Source: Trueperaceae bacterium (GTDB lineage Bacteria; Deinococcota; Deinococci; Deinococcales; Trueperaceae). From it: 64,000 nucleotides of DNA. A model generated the notes under the pieces. The model did not search any database, had not been told where the DNA came from, and worked only from the letters and a program-made list of their open reading frames with translations. Shown in pieces: positions 41,012-50,567 of the stretch (its first letter is position 1; every line of letters starts with the position of its first letter). Made by a program: the position numbers and the translations under genes. The stretch is taken from contig OZ243927.1 of NCBI GenBank assembly GCA_965213925.1, forward strand, positions 2,560,001 to 2,624,000, in the 5' to 3' direction.

Positions 41012-42763
41012 TTATTCCGACGTCTCTACAAGTGGCGTATCTGCGCTTTGAGCGCGGTCTCTTTCAGCGTGGACTGCGCCCTGTTCTTCTTCTAAAAGGG
41101 TGTTCGGCAGCGAGAACCCGAAGCAGCTCCCCTCACCGGGCGTGCTCCTCACCCACACCTCGCCGCCGTGCAACTCGACCAAACGCTTGCTGAGCGCAAG
41201 CCCCAAGCCTGTACCGCCGTAGTTGCGGGCGAGCGAGCTGTCCACCTGTGAAAAGGGCTGAAAGAGCTTGGCGAGGTCGTCCTCGGCGATGCCGATGCCG
41301 TTGTCTTCGACCTCGACGCGCAGCCAGCCGCCGACCTCTTGCGCCCTCAGCTCGACGCGCCCGCCTAGCGGCGTGAATTTAACCGCGTTGGCGAGGTAGT
41401 TGTAAAGCACCTGTTTCACGCGCAGTGGATCGCAGGAGAAGGGTGCTAGGGAACCCAGCGCAGCGGCGAGTTGAATTCCCTTCGCCGCTGCGCTGGGGCG
41501 AACGCCCTCCAGAGCCTCTTGCAAAAGCGGCTCCATAGGGGTTTGGCGGCGCGTCAAGCTCACCCTGTCCGCCTCGATTTTGGAGAGGTCTAAGAGGTCG
41601 TTGATGAGCGAGAGCAGGTGCGACCCGGAGTCGTGGATGCTCTTGACCTGCTCTTGCTGCTTGTCATTAAGCGGGCCGAAAAGCTCGTCGGCGAGCAGTT
41701 GTGAAAAGCCTAAAACGGCGGTTAGGGGCGTGCGCAGCTCGTGCGACATGGTCGCCAGAAATTCGCTCTTGAGGCGGTTCGCTCGCTCCAACGCGGTGTT
41801 ATTCTCGCGCAGCTCGGCCTGCGAGCTGCGTAGCGCCGCCTCGGTGCGCTTGTAATCGCTCAGGTCGCGCACGGCTGCGACGCGCACGGTGCGCTCTTTG
41901 TAGGGGAGGGAGCGCTCGAGCAACTCCACGGGCAACAAGCTGCCGTCGCGCCTACGCCCGACGATTTCGGCGGGTTGGCTGCGCACCACGTCCGAGGCGG
42001 TGCGCTCTCGCACAAAGGCGACGGACTCGGCCCCGACGAACTCACCCACATGCTGCCCGATAAGCTCGTCCGGGCGGTAGCCGATCATCGCGCCGAGCCT
42101 AGCGTTCGCGTCCAAGATAAGGCCTTTTTCGTGCACCACGATCCCTTCGAAGCTCGCGTCCGCTAGGCGCTGAAAGCGCTCTTCGCTCTCCCGTAGCGAC
42201 GCCACGGTGCGCTCCAAGGTGCGCTGCTCGGACGCTAAACGTTTCAAGATGCTCGAGCGCACCGTGTAAATTAGGACCGAAAAGAGCGACGCGGCGAAGA
42301 GCGCGAAGCCGTAATGCAGCGTTCCCGCGGTCGCCGTTTCGGGCAACGTGACGACGACGAGCCCCCAACTCAGCAAGGTAACACCGACTAAGCCGAGCAG
42401 CCAGGGAAGGGAGAGGAGCAGGCTGCCTAGAGCGACGATGAGGAGGAGCACGTTGGTCGTCTGTTCAATTTCGGCGGTGAGATAGAGGTGGGTCAAGCAG
42501 TTGCCGAGCACGATGCCCACGAGGAGCGCCGCGCAAGGATGCGCCCGAGCAGCGCGAACCGGACGCGCGCCCCAACGCCGGTATAGCGTTATGAAGAGCG
42601 CGGACGAGACGAGGGCGACCGCCGCCATAATGAGCGCAGCCGCGCCTTCTAATACGAAGAGATGGCTCGGAGCGTAGAAGAGGTAAAGAAGTGCCAGGAC
42701 GAGGGCGACGGTGCGCAGCTGCCTCGCGACCTCGAGGTCGAACCTCTCTTGCAGCGCGTCCAC
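41012..42763 (-). CDS. Membrane PAS-domain sensor histidine kinase
   Basis: N-terminal TMs, PAS, MSHELRTPL H-box, NAVKFT, DNGIGI, GTGLGL. Confidence 0.94.
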   Translation of the reverse strand: MDALQERFDLEVARQLRTVALVLALLYLFYAPSHLFVLEGAAALIMAAVALVSSALFITLYRRWGARPVRAARAHPCAALLVGIVLGNCLTHLYLTAEIEQTTNVLLLIVALGSLLLSLPWLLGLVGVTLLSWGLVVVTLPETATAGTLHYGFALFAASLFSVLIYTVRSSILKRLASEQRTLERTVASLRESEERFQRLADASFEGIVVHEKGLILDANARLGAMIGYRPDELIGQHVGEFVGAESVAFVRERTASDVVRSQPAEIVGRRRDGSLLPVELLERSLPYKERTVRVAAVRDLSDYKRTEAALRSSQAELRENNTALERANRLKSEFLATMSHELRTPLTAVLGFSQLLADELFGPLNDKQQEQVKSIHDSGSHLLSLINDLLDLSKIEADRVSLTRRQTPMEPLLQEALEGVRPSAAAKGIQLAAALGSLAPFSCDPLRVKQVLYNYLANAVKFTPLGGRVELRAQEVGGWLRVEVEDNGIGIAEDDLAKLFQPFSQVDSSLARNYGGTGLGLALSKRLVELHGGEVWVRSTPGEGSCFGFSLPNTLLEEEQGAVHAERDRAQSADTPLVETSE

Positions 42764-42765
42764 GT

Positions 42766-43677
42766 TCAGGTCGCTCGGTGCGTGCGGTCCGCACCGTGAG
42801 CGCTACCGTAGCGCGCGCTGAGCGCGGCGGCGCGTTCGGCTAACGCGGGCAATTGCTCTCTATCTACACCTGTGCGGAAGCCCCTGACCTCCAAAAACGG
42901 CGCGACCTGTTCGGTAGGCAAGTTGCCCACGAGGTCGTCCGCTGCGAAGGGACAGCCGCCCACGCCCGCGAGCGCCCCTTCGAACCAGCGCAACCCGTAG
43001 GACAGAGCGACCTCCAAAGGTTCCTGCCAAGCGTCGGGGCGCGCGTGCAGGTGTAAGCCGAGCGTGGCGAGCGCGGCGACCTCTTGCGCGGCGCGCAGCA
43101 CCGCGTCTACGCGCGCCGCGTCCGCCGTGCCGACCGTGTCCGCAAGGGCGATGTCCGTTACGCCCATCTCCCTGAGCCGCGCCACCGCCGCCGCCGTGTC
43201 GTCCGGTTCCCAAGGCTCGCCGTACGGGTTGCCGAAGCCCATCGAGAGGTAGACGGTGAAGCCGACGCCGTGAGCTTGGGTCGTCTCGAGCATCGTCTCG
43301 GCGAGTCTCCACGAGTCCGCCAAGTCGCGCCCGGTGTTGCGCTTTTGAAAGGTCTCGTTCACCGAGAGCGGGTAGCCGACGCTGGTGACGCGCGCGTCTA
43401 CCGCTCGGGTCAGACCGCGCTCGTTGGCGACGATCCCCAAGAGGTCTACGTCCGATCCCAACGCGCTAAGGGACGCCAAGACGTCCTCCGTGTCCGCGAG
43501 CTGCGGCACGGCTTTCGGCGAGACGAACGAGCCCATGTCGAGCGAGCGGAAGCCCGCGGCTAAGAGCGCCTTGAGGTAACGCACCTTCTCTTCGGTCGGG
43601 ATGAACCCCGCTAAACCCTGCCAAGCGTCGCGCGGACACTCGACGTAACGCACTTCGTTCGTCCCTGACCCATTCAT
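42766..43677 (-). CDS. Hydroxymethylglutaryl-CoA lyase
   Basis: ECPRDAWQG, SFVSPKAVPQLAD, LADTVG, HLH, GGCPFA. Confidence 0.9.
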   Translation of the reverse strand: MNGSGTNEVRYVECPRDAWQGLAGFIPTEEKVRYLKALLAAGFRSLDMGSFVSPKAVPQLADTEDVLASLSALGSDVDLLGIVANERGLTRAVDARVTSVGYPLSVNETFQKRNTGRDLADSWRLAETMLETTQAHGVGFTVYLSMGFGNPYGEPWEPDDTAAAVARLREMGVTDIALADTVGTADAARVDAVLRAAQEVAALATLGLHLHARPDAWQEPLEVALSYGLRWFEGALAGVGGCPFAADDLVGNLPTEQVAPFLEVRGFRTGVDREQLPALAERAAALSARYGSAHGADRTHRAT

Positions 43678-43807
43678 CCTTGCAGTATAGCTAATATGAG
43701 AGGTCTCGGACGTAGGATCGGCTCAACGTGCACGTCCCGCTCTTGTGACGCAAAGGTTCTGTAGCCTCTTACGTCTTCTCCTCCTCGCACCCTTTATACT
43801 TGTCCCT

Positions 43808-45424
43808 GTGTTAGTCGCTCTGGAGCTTAAAGACTTCGCCATCGTAGACGAGTTGCGCTTAGAACTCTCGCCGGGGCTCAACGTCTTGACAGGGGAGACG
43901 GGCGCGGGTAAGTCCATCCTGATCGACGCACTGAGCCTCCTCATCGGCGGACGCGCCGACTCGTCGCTCGTGCGCACCGGGGCGCAGAGTGCGCTTATTC
44001 AAGGGCTTTTCGAGGACGCCCGCTTGGAGTCGGCGGCGCGGCGTCTGCAGCGTTCGGGGCGCTCTAGCGCCCGTGTGGACGGCGAACTCGTCACGGTGGG
44101 TGAACTCTCCGAGGTGGGCGGACACCTCATCGCGATCCACGGACAGCACGCTTCGCAGACGCTACTAGATAGCGCGGCGCAGCGTCAACTGTTAGACCGT
44201 TTGCTGCCGCCTAAAGCACAAGGCACGCTGCGCGACCTCCGCGCCACTTACCGCCGTTTTACGGAGGTCGAAAGAGAACTCGCCGCGCTTAAAACCGCCC
44301 TGCGCGAACGGGCGCAGCGGCTCGACATGCTCGAGTTTCAACTGCAAGAGATCGGCGCGGCAAACCTCCAAGCGGATGAAGAGGTGGCGCTCCGCGACCG
44401 TTTAGACAGCTTGCGCCACGCCGAGCGCATCGTGCAGGGTGCGAGCCGCGCGGTGCAGGGGCTCAGCGAGGGTGAAGCGAACGCCGTCGACCTCATTGCT
44501 TTAGCCCTGCGCGACCTGCAGGGCGCGGGGCGCTACAACAAGACGCTCGCCGACCTGGGCGGTGAGCTGAGCGACGCGCTCGCCAGCACCGAAGCGATCA
44601 GCGCCGAAGTGAGCAGTTTTTTGAGCGATTTCGAGATGGACGCGGGGCAGCTCGAGCGCTCCGAGCGCCGCCTCGCCCAGATCGAAGGGCTCAAGCTCAA
44701 ATACGGCGACAGCGTGGCGGCGGTGCTCGAGTACTACGAGCGTGCGAGCGAGGAGTTGCGGCGGCTCGAGCGGGCTGAAGGTGATATGAGCGACCTGGAG
44801 GCGGAGCGCGCGCGCTTACGGGAGGCGTTGCAAACACTAGCGGACGCCCTGAGCTGCGCGAGAAGAGACGCCGCCAAAACCCTCTCCGAGACCGTAACGC
44901 GCGAACTCCGTCCGCTCGGCATGGCGAACGCTCATTTTGTGGTCGGTTTAGAGCGCCGCGACGACGTCAACCAACACGGACAGGACAAAGTTACCTTTCT
45001 CTTTAGCGCTAACTTGGGCGAGCCGCCCGCGCCGCTGAGCGCGGTGGCGTCGGGGGGCGAACTATCGAGGCTCATGCTCAGCCTCAACGTCGCGACGGGC
45101 ACGGACGCCGCGACGCTCATCTTCGACGAGGTGGACGCTGGGCTCGGCGGTCAGACCGCCCGCTCGGTCGGCGCGCTTCTCAAACGCCTCGCCGCGCGCC
45201 ACCAGGTGCTCGTCGTGACGCACCTGCCGCAAGTTGCCGCCTTTGCCGACACGCAGTTCTTTGTAGAGAAGCTCGAGCGTTCGGGTCGCACGACCACGCG
45301 CATCTCGCGCTTAGACCCACAGGGGCGCGAAGCCGAACTCGCGCGGATGCTCTCGGGCGGGGCGACGGAAACGGCGCTCGCGCACGCGCGCGAACTGCTA
45401 CAAGAGGTCAAAGCGGTTGCTTAG
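43808..45424 (+). CDS. recN: DNA repair protein RecN
   Basis: TGETGAGKS, IHGQH, ASGGELSR, IFDEVDAG, VTHLPQVAA; GTG start after TATACT. Confidence 0.96.
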   Translation: MLVALELKDFAIVDELRLELSPGLNVLTGETGAGKSILIDALSLLIGGRADSSLVRTGAQSALIQGLFEDARLESAARRLQRSGRSSARVDGELVTVGELSEVGGHLIAIHGQHASQTLLDSAAQRQLLDRLLPPKAQGTLRDLRATYRRFTEVERELAALKTALRERAQRLDMLEFQLQEIGAANLQADEEVALRDRLDSLRHAERIVQGASRAVQGLSEGEANAVDLIALALRDLQGAGRYNKTLADLGGELSDALASTEAISAEVSSFLSDFEMDAGQLERSERRLAQIEGLKLKYGDSVAAVLEYYERASEELRRLERAEGDMSDLEAERARLREALQTLADALSCARRDAAKTLSETVTRELRPLGMANAHFVVGLERRDDVNQHGQDKVTFLFSANLGEPPAPLSAVASGGELSRLMLSLNVATGTDAATLIFDEVDAGLGGQTARSVGALLKRLAARHQVLVVTHLPQVAAFADTQFFVEKLERSGRTTTRISRLDPQGREAELARMLSGGATETALAHARELLQEVKAVA

Positions 45425-45433
45425 GCTGAGGCG

Positions 45434-46060
45434 ATGAACGTGCCAAGTTTACGCGAAGCTGAAGGGTTCCTCGCCGAAGCGCAGGCGCGCAACCCCGGTC
45501 CTTGGGTCGCGCATTCACGTAACGTGGGTAGAGCGGCGGAGGCGATCGCAACGTATTGTGTAGGGCTCGAGCCCGGCGAAGCCCTCGTCTTGGGCTACCT
45601 CCACGACATCGGACGGCGCGAGGGCGTGACCGCCAACCGGCATATGCTCGACGGCTACACCTTTCTCGCGGAGGAGGGTTACACGGACGCCGCGCAGATT
45701 TGCCTGACCCACTCCTTTCCCATATCCGATAACCGCGCCCTGGAAACGGCAATAGGCGCGTGGGACTGCTCGGAGGAGGAGCTGGCGTTCGTTGAGCGTT
45801 ACGTAGGGGACCTGACCTACACTGACTACGACAGGTTGCTCCAGCTCTGCGACTGCTTGGCGCTAGCCTCTGGTTGCTGCACGTTGGAAAAGCGCTTTGT
45901 CGATGTGACGCTGCGCTACGGCTTCAACGACTTTACGCTCCCCCGCTGGCGCGCGTACTTGAACCTTCAAACTTACTTCGAAGGGGAGATGTCGCGCCCG
46001 CTCTACAGCGTTCTCCCCGGCGTTATAGAAACGACCTTGGGCTTCTCCGAGGTGTCTTGA
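45434..46060 (+). CDS. HD-domain protein
   Basis: AHSRNV, LHDIGR, THSF, LQLCD. Confidence 0.85.
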   Translation: MNVPSLREAEGFLAEAQARNPGPWVAHSRNVGRAAEAIATYCVGLEPGEALVLGYLHDIGRREGVTANRHMLDGYTFLAEEGYTDAAQICLTHSFPISDNRALETAIGAWDCSEEELAFVERYVGDLTYTDYDRLLQLCDCLALASGCCTLEKRFVDVTLRYGFNDFTLPRWRAYLNLQTYFEGEMSRPLYSVLPGVIETTLGFSEVS

Positions 46061-46424
46061 AGCAACAGCGCGCGCAAAGTCGTGCAGAACAACACTTCTC
46101 TGCTCACGCAAGCTTCTACAACGCTAAAGACATCGTCCCTAAATGTGCGTACCAGTCGGTATTCTCCCAAGTAGGAGTGCAGTAAATGGGCTAGCATCTG
46201 CTAAATTATTCACGAACTAGAAAGTTGTGAAACTTTTCTTTATTGAGTGAACAAAGAAGGGCGCGAACGGTTGGGAGAATCCTTTGCAGGACACCGTTCG
46301 CACCTGTTGTTAGGGTAGCGGATAGGCTCTTACAAAATTCTGACTCGAGCCCTTCGCGCTATCTTTCGCCGGGTACTCCCGACGGTTCTTCTTTTCGGGC
46401 TCCTCGGTCTAGGCGTCTTATAAA

Positions 46425-46605
46425 AACATTCACGCTCAAAAAGCTCGAGCTGATGTCCGCTTTTGTCGTTTCCACGCAACTAGGCACGCCGCTCGCCGCC
46501 TCAGCCACAACCTTCTATTTCAGCGAGTCGCTTTCGCTGACCAAGCTCGGCTTCGCTAAGGTCACATTGGTCGGCGTCACCGGGCCGACGCTGAGCGGAG
46601 GAAGC
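46425..46605 (+). pseudogene. Degenerate remnant of a small multidrug resistance (SMR) gene
   Basis: LKKLELMSAF...LGT...YFSESLSLTKLGF..VTLVGVTG resembles SMR helices 3-4; 5' half not recognisable. Confidence 0.4.
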
Positions 46606-46651
46606 TGCCGGCCGCACGCTTCGTATCTACGCTGCGCCTAAACCGGGTGCA

Positions 46652-47305
46652 CTACTCCGAACGTAGCACCGTCCAGAGCGCCTCGTCGGTGAAGTCGCGA
46701 ATGACGAGCGCCGCGCCCGACTTCTTGAGGTCTTCGGGCTTTTGCGTGGTGGCCATACCGACCGTGAGGATGCCCGCGCTCGAGGCGGAGCGAACCCCCG
46801 CCAGCGAATCCTCGAAGACGAGCGCCTGCTCAGCGGAGACGCCTAGCTCCTCTAAGCTCTTCTCATACGGAAGCGGGTCGGGTTTGCCGTGCTCCAACTC
46901 CTCCGCTAAGACGAGCACCGGGAACGTCTCGCCTAGACCCGCCGCTTGCAGCATAAAGTTCACATTTTCACGCGGCGCACTCGTCACGAGCGCCCGCTTC
47001 ATCTCCTTGTTATCCATCCAAGAGAGCAGGTCGATTAAGCCCTGCATGGGCGTCAAGTCCTCAGCGAAGTCGCGGAACTTCGCCTCTTTCTCGTTCATAA
47101 TATCGGCGCGTTCCTCGTCAGAGAGGTCGGGGAAGAGGTCGCGTAAGATGTCCATGTTGGGGCGACCGCTCATCTCGGCGTTATAAAACTCACGGTCGAT
47201 CTCTTTGTCTCGCGCGCTCAACACCTCGTGATAGGCGCGAAAATGAATATCATCTGTGTCGATAAGCGTGCCGTCCATGTCGAAAATGATTGCCTCAAAC
47301 GTCAT
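46652..47305 (-). CDS. HAD-family phosphatase
   Basis: FDMDGTL, VTSA, KPDP, FEDS. Confidence 0.93.
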   Translation of the reverse strand: MTFEAIIFDMDGTLIDTDDIHFRAYHEVLSARDKEIDREFYNAEMSGRPNMDILRDLFPDLSDEERADIMNEKEAKFRDFAEDLTPMQGLIDLLSWMDNKEMKRALVTSAPRENVNFMLQAAGLGETFPVLVLAEELEHGKPDPLPYEKSLEELGVSAEQALVFEDSLAGVRSASSAGILTVGMATTQKPEDLKKSGAALVIRDFTDEALWTVLRSE

Positions 47306-47483
47306 GGCTCAGTCTATAGGAAAGTGCGCCCCTTCACATCCCGCTCCAGCGCACAAAGCGGCGTGATAAAATAATTTAGTGATCTTACGATTAAAGCGCA
47401 ATCAATGTAAAATGCCTTTATAACTAAATTAAAAAAGTGTTTTGTTTTAAAATTATTAAGTTGATTCATAAAGGAGGTTAGGA

Positions 47484-48812
47484 ATGAGTTACAAAAACTT
47501 GACGGAACGCCGCGCTCAGGCGGTCGCCTCTGCCGTTTATTCCGTCCATCCCTTTTACCCGCAAAGAGCCGAAGGGTCTTACGTATGGGACAGCGAGGGC
47601 AAGAAGTATCTCGACTGGTCCACGGGCATCGCGGTCATGAACATAGGACATTCGCACCCGAAAGTTCTGGAGGCGGTGCGCAGGCAGAGCGAGACCTTTC
47701 AGCACCTCTGTTTTGCGGTGGGGATGCACGAAACCTACATCCAGCTCTGCGAAAAGCTGGGCGAAATCGCGCCGGGGTCGTCGCCCAAAAAGACTTTTTT
47801 GATCAATTCGGGCGCGGAAGCGGTGGAGAACGCGGTGAAGATCGCCCGCGTCGCCACCGGACGTCAAGGGGTGGTCGCCTTTACCCACGCCTTTCATGGG
47901 CGCACGCACATGGCGCTCTCCTTGACGGGCAAGGCGAACCCTTACAAGGCGGGCTTCGCGCCCCGCGCCGCCGAAGTCTACCGCGCCCAGTACCCGTACT
48001 GCTACCGCTGCCCCTATACCGGACCCAGTGATAAAGAGGACGGAAGGTGCTGCCAGAGCGACCTCACGCGGCTGCGTGAGATGGTCAAGTACACGGTCGG
48101 TGAGGGCGAGGTGGCGGCGTTTCTGCTCGAGCCCGTTGCGGGCGAAGGCGGTTTCATCCCCGCGCCCCCCGAGTTCTTGCGCGCCCTACGCGACTACTGC
48201 GACGAAATCGGCGCACTGTGGATCGACGACGAGATTCAGTCGGGTATCGGGCGCACGGGCGCGTGGTGGGCGGTCGATCATTATAACTTAGAGCCCGACC
48301 TCGTCACGAGCGCCAAGGCGCTCTCGTCGGGCTTTCCCGTTTCGGCGGTGGTCGGCAAGGCGGAGGTGATGGACCAGGTTCAGCCCGGTCAGATCGGCTC
48401 GACCTTCGGCGGCAACCCGACCGCGTGCGCCGCCGCTTTAGCCACCTTGGAGGTCATCGAAGAAGAGGGACTCTTAGCGCGTGCGCAGGAGATCGGCGCA
48501 GTGGCGAAAGAGCGCCTCGGCGCGCTACAAAAGGAGCATCCGCAGATCGGCGACGTGCGCGGTGTGGGGGCAATGATCGGGCTCGAGTTCGTTTTCGAGG
48601 ACGGCGTAACGCCCCACCCCGCCGCCGTCGAAGCGGTCGTCACGCACGCTAGAGACCACGGGCTCATCCTCTTGCCGACGGGAACCTACAGCAACGTCAT
48701 CCGGTTACTTCCGCCCATCAACATGGGCGATGAAGAGTTGGACGAGGGCTTGAGCAAACTGGAAACGGCGGTGAAGCGTGCGCTCGAGCTTGCCGTCGTC
48801 GGTATGGATTGA
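47484..48812 (+). CDS. gabT: 4-aminobutyrate aminotransferase-like (class III)
   Basis: NSGAEAVENAVK, FHGRT, EPVAGEGG, DEIQSG, TSAK, STFGGNP. Confidence 0.88.
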   Translation: MSYKNLTERRAQAVASAVYSVHPFYPQRAEGSYVWDSEGKKYLDWSTGIAVMNIGHSHPKVLEAVRRQSETFQHLCFAVGMHETYIQLCEKLGEIAPGSSPKKTFLINSGAEAVENAVKIARVATGRQGVVAFTHAFHGRTHMALSLTGKANPYKAGFAPRAAEVYRAQYPYCYRCPYTGPSDKEDGRCCQSDLTRLREMVKYTVGEGEVAAFLLEPVAGEGGFIPAPPEFLRALRDYCDEIGALWIDDEIQSGIGRTGAWWAVDHYNLEPDLVTSAKALSSGFPVSAVVGKAEVMDQVQPGQIGSTFGGNPTACAAALATLEVIEEEGLLARAQEIGAVAKERLGALQKEHPQIGDVRGVGAMIGLEFVFEDGVTPHPAAVEAVVTHARDHGLILLPTGTYSNVIRLLPPINMGDEELDEGLSKLETAVKRALELAVVGMD

Positions 48813-48835
48813 CGTAGATTCCGGTGAGCCATACT

Positions 48836-48871
48836 GTTTCGGGGCGATTCCTACAAGAATCGCCCCGAAAC
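48836..48871. terminator. Hairpin between convergent gabT and pdxS
   Basis: GTTTCGGGGCGATTC / GAATCGCCCCGAAAC perfect 15-bp IR. Confidence 0.8.
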
Positions 48872-48903
48872 TAGTGTATCTTTCTCGCGGAGTTACTCGA
48901 CCT

Positions 48904-49794
48904 TTACCAGCCTCTCGTCGCCAAAAGCTCCTCTTCTTTCAAGTCAGGGATGTTGATCCCGACCATCGCCTCGCCTAAGTCGCGGGAAACTTCCGCCAAG
49001 ATGTCGGGGTTATCGTAGTGCGTCACCGCTTTGACGATGGCTTGACCGCGCTTCACGGGGTCGCCCGACTTGAAAATGCCCGAGCCGACGAACACGCCGT
49101 CCACGCCGAGCTGCATCATGAGCGCGGCGTCGGCGGGCGTCGCGACGCCCCCGGCGGCGAAATTCACGACGGGTAGCGTCCCGTTTTCGTGGATGTACAC
49201 GACCAACTCGTAAGGCGCTCTGAGGTCCCTCGCGGTGGTCATCAGCTCTTCGCGCGGCAGGTTCTGAATGCGGCGAATCTCGCCCATGATGGTGCGGGCG
49301 TGGCGCACCGCCTCGACGACGTTGCCCGTGCCCGCCTCGCCTTTCGTGCGGATCATCGACGCGCCCTCCCCGATGCGGCGAAGCGCTTCGCCCAAGTCTT
49401 TCGCGCCGCACACGAAGGGCACGGTAAAGGCGTGCTTATCGATGTGAAAGCTTTCGTCAGCGGGCGTGAGCACCTCGGACTCGTCGATGAAGTCCGCGCC
49501 CAAGGCCTGTAAAATCTGCGCTTCGACGAAGTGACCGATGCGCGCTTTGACCATCACCGGGATCGAGACCGCGCCTAAAATTCCCTCGATCATGCTCGGG
49601 TCCGACATTCGCGCGACGCCGCCCTGAGCGCGAATGTCGGCGGGCACGCGCTCTAAAGCCATCACTGCCGTCGCGCCTGCGTCCTCGGCGATGCGCGCTT
49701 GTTCGGGGTCGATGACGTCCATGATGACGCCGCCCTTAAACATCTCCGCGAAGCCGGTTTTGATCCTGAGTGAGCCGATGGTGGTTTCTGGCAT
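48904..49794 (-). CDS. pdxS: Pyridoxal 5'-phosphate synthase lyase subunit
   Basis: [41 protein letters not shown]. Confidence 0.97.
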   Translation of the reverse strand: MPETTIGSLRIKTGFAEMFKGGVIMDVIDPEQARIAEDAGATAVMALERVPADIRAQGGVARMSDPSMIEGILGAVSIPVMVKARIGHFVEAQILQALGADFIDESEVLTPADESFHIDKHAFTVPFVCGAKDLGEALRRIGEGASMIRTKGEAGTGNVVEAVRHARTIMGEIRRIQNLPREELMTTARDLRAPYELVVYIHENGTLPVVNFAAGGVATPADAALMMQLGVDGVFVGSGIFKSGDPVKRGQAIVKAVTHYDNPDILAEVSRDLGEAMVGINIPDLKEEELLATRGW

Positions 49795-49924
49795 GGTAAT
49801 CCTCCGTGCAAAATAGCGTAAAACGTGACCTCGAGGGGTCAAGTATGGCGCTCAGTATACGCTGTAACCCCCCGTTTCACACGTCGCTTGGTGGTCAATG
49901 CTTGATCTAGTTACTTGGCTTAGT

Positions 49925-50565
49925 TCGCGTAGGGACGGCTGGAGAAGAAATCAGTAGACGTCCCTTACCACTGCCGTTTGGACCTGCTTGGGAAAAGTGC
50001 CATTCGGTCATCCGTGTAGGAAAACTCAATATCGGCGCGAAAACGCAGCGGCGCACGAAAGTAGAGGGCAGCGCCTGGTGAAAACGGCGAAGCGCCTTCA
50101 ATTGCCGGGGGGAGTCAAGAGGTTCGCCGTCCCCGCCACCGCTGCCCCTAACGCCACTTTAGAGGCTGACTGGACTCCTCAATCGTAGCCTTGTTCACGC
50201 TTACTAGTTTTTATGAGCGCTCGAGGAAGCCGACAAACTTTGACTTTCGTAGTTATTGGAGGATTTTGATCGACCGCTGCTCTACTTGCGCAATCGTAGC
50301 GAGGACTCTACCGGGCGAAGATGGAGTCGTAAGACTGGCTTAAACCAGGTGATATAGCCTTTCCATGTGGGCCAAAAGAAGTCCGCGAGGAGAGAGTTGG
50401 ATGCGTTTCATCACGTGTCTCCTCGCGGTGTTCCGCTGGCTGTCCCCCGGCGGGGTCGGACGGATGCTCGGTCCGTCTTGCTCTTATGATAAAGGACCGT
50501 GCGTACAAACGTGAAGAGGTGACTGCACCAGTCCTCCCCCACCACCTGTACTAGCAGGGGGTGGA
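49925..50565 (+). ncRNA. Candidate large structured non-coding RNA, family not identified
   Basis: No credible ORF; more than 10 helices by eye including long-range pairs and a pseudoknot; G-U pairs favour the + strand. Confidence 0.6.
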
Positions 50566-50567
50566 CG

